NCBI RefSeq assembly: GCF_963921235.1
Contig: NC_086101.1
Span: 6,574,001 to 6,638,000 of the forward strand
Direction of reading: 5' to 3'
Length of the DNA stretch: 64,000 nucleotides
Origin: Mobula hypostoma
Lineage: Eukaryota
Shown piece by piece: positions 63,896 to 64,000 of this stretch (its first letter is position 1; each line of letters starts with the position of its first letter). A model generated the notes under the pieces. The model saw only the letters and a list, made by a program, of their open reading frames with translations, searched no databases and was not told the origin of the DNA. Position numbers and translations under genes: made by a program.

Positions 63896-64000
63896 TTGAA
63901 AGCAAGCTGAGTTGAGAAGGTGACGGTTATTTCTTCGACAGTTTGAACGGGGCACGGCTGCGCAAGCGCGTGGAGATCGGACAATGAGAACAGCGTGTGA

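Overview
Vertebrate genomic DNA, most likely from a cartilaginous fish such as a ray or shark. That assignment is inferred from the repeat content and TRIM type, not from a search. The + strand carries a tandem cluster of class IV TRIM genes (RING, B-box2, coiled coil, B30.2/PRY-SPRY). It includes the terminal exon of one gene (3303-3901) and two complete six-exon genes with intact GT-AG junctions: 9288-19153 (470 aa) and 35873-46230 (471 aa). Most of the remainder is transposable elements: CR1 LINEs, Penelope-like elements, Rex1/Babar-like fragments, Tx1-clade L1, V-SINEs, a Tc1 remnant and a non-autonomous Helitron. Main findings: (1) two Tx1-clade copies stacked at nearly the same site of a U1 snRNA sequence, suggesting a U1-targeting retrotransposon family; (2) a young CR1 inserted antisense into its own subfamily, creating two ~740 bp inverted-repeat pairs; (3) minimal hammerhead ribozyme motifs in Penelope-derived repeats, one with an intact core in a TRIM intron in the sense orientation; (4) a Helitron with recognisable termini and an STPR-like repeat ORF; (5) a divergent B30.2 with a basic C-terminal extension gained by stop-codon displacement. 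Repeat boundaries are estimated by eye.
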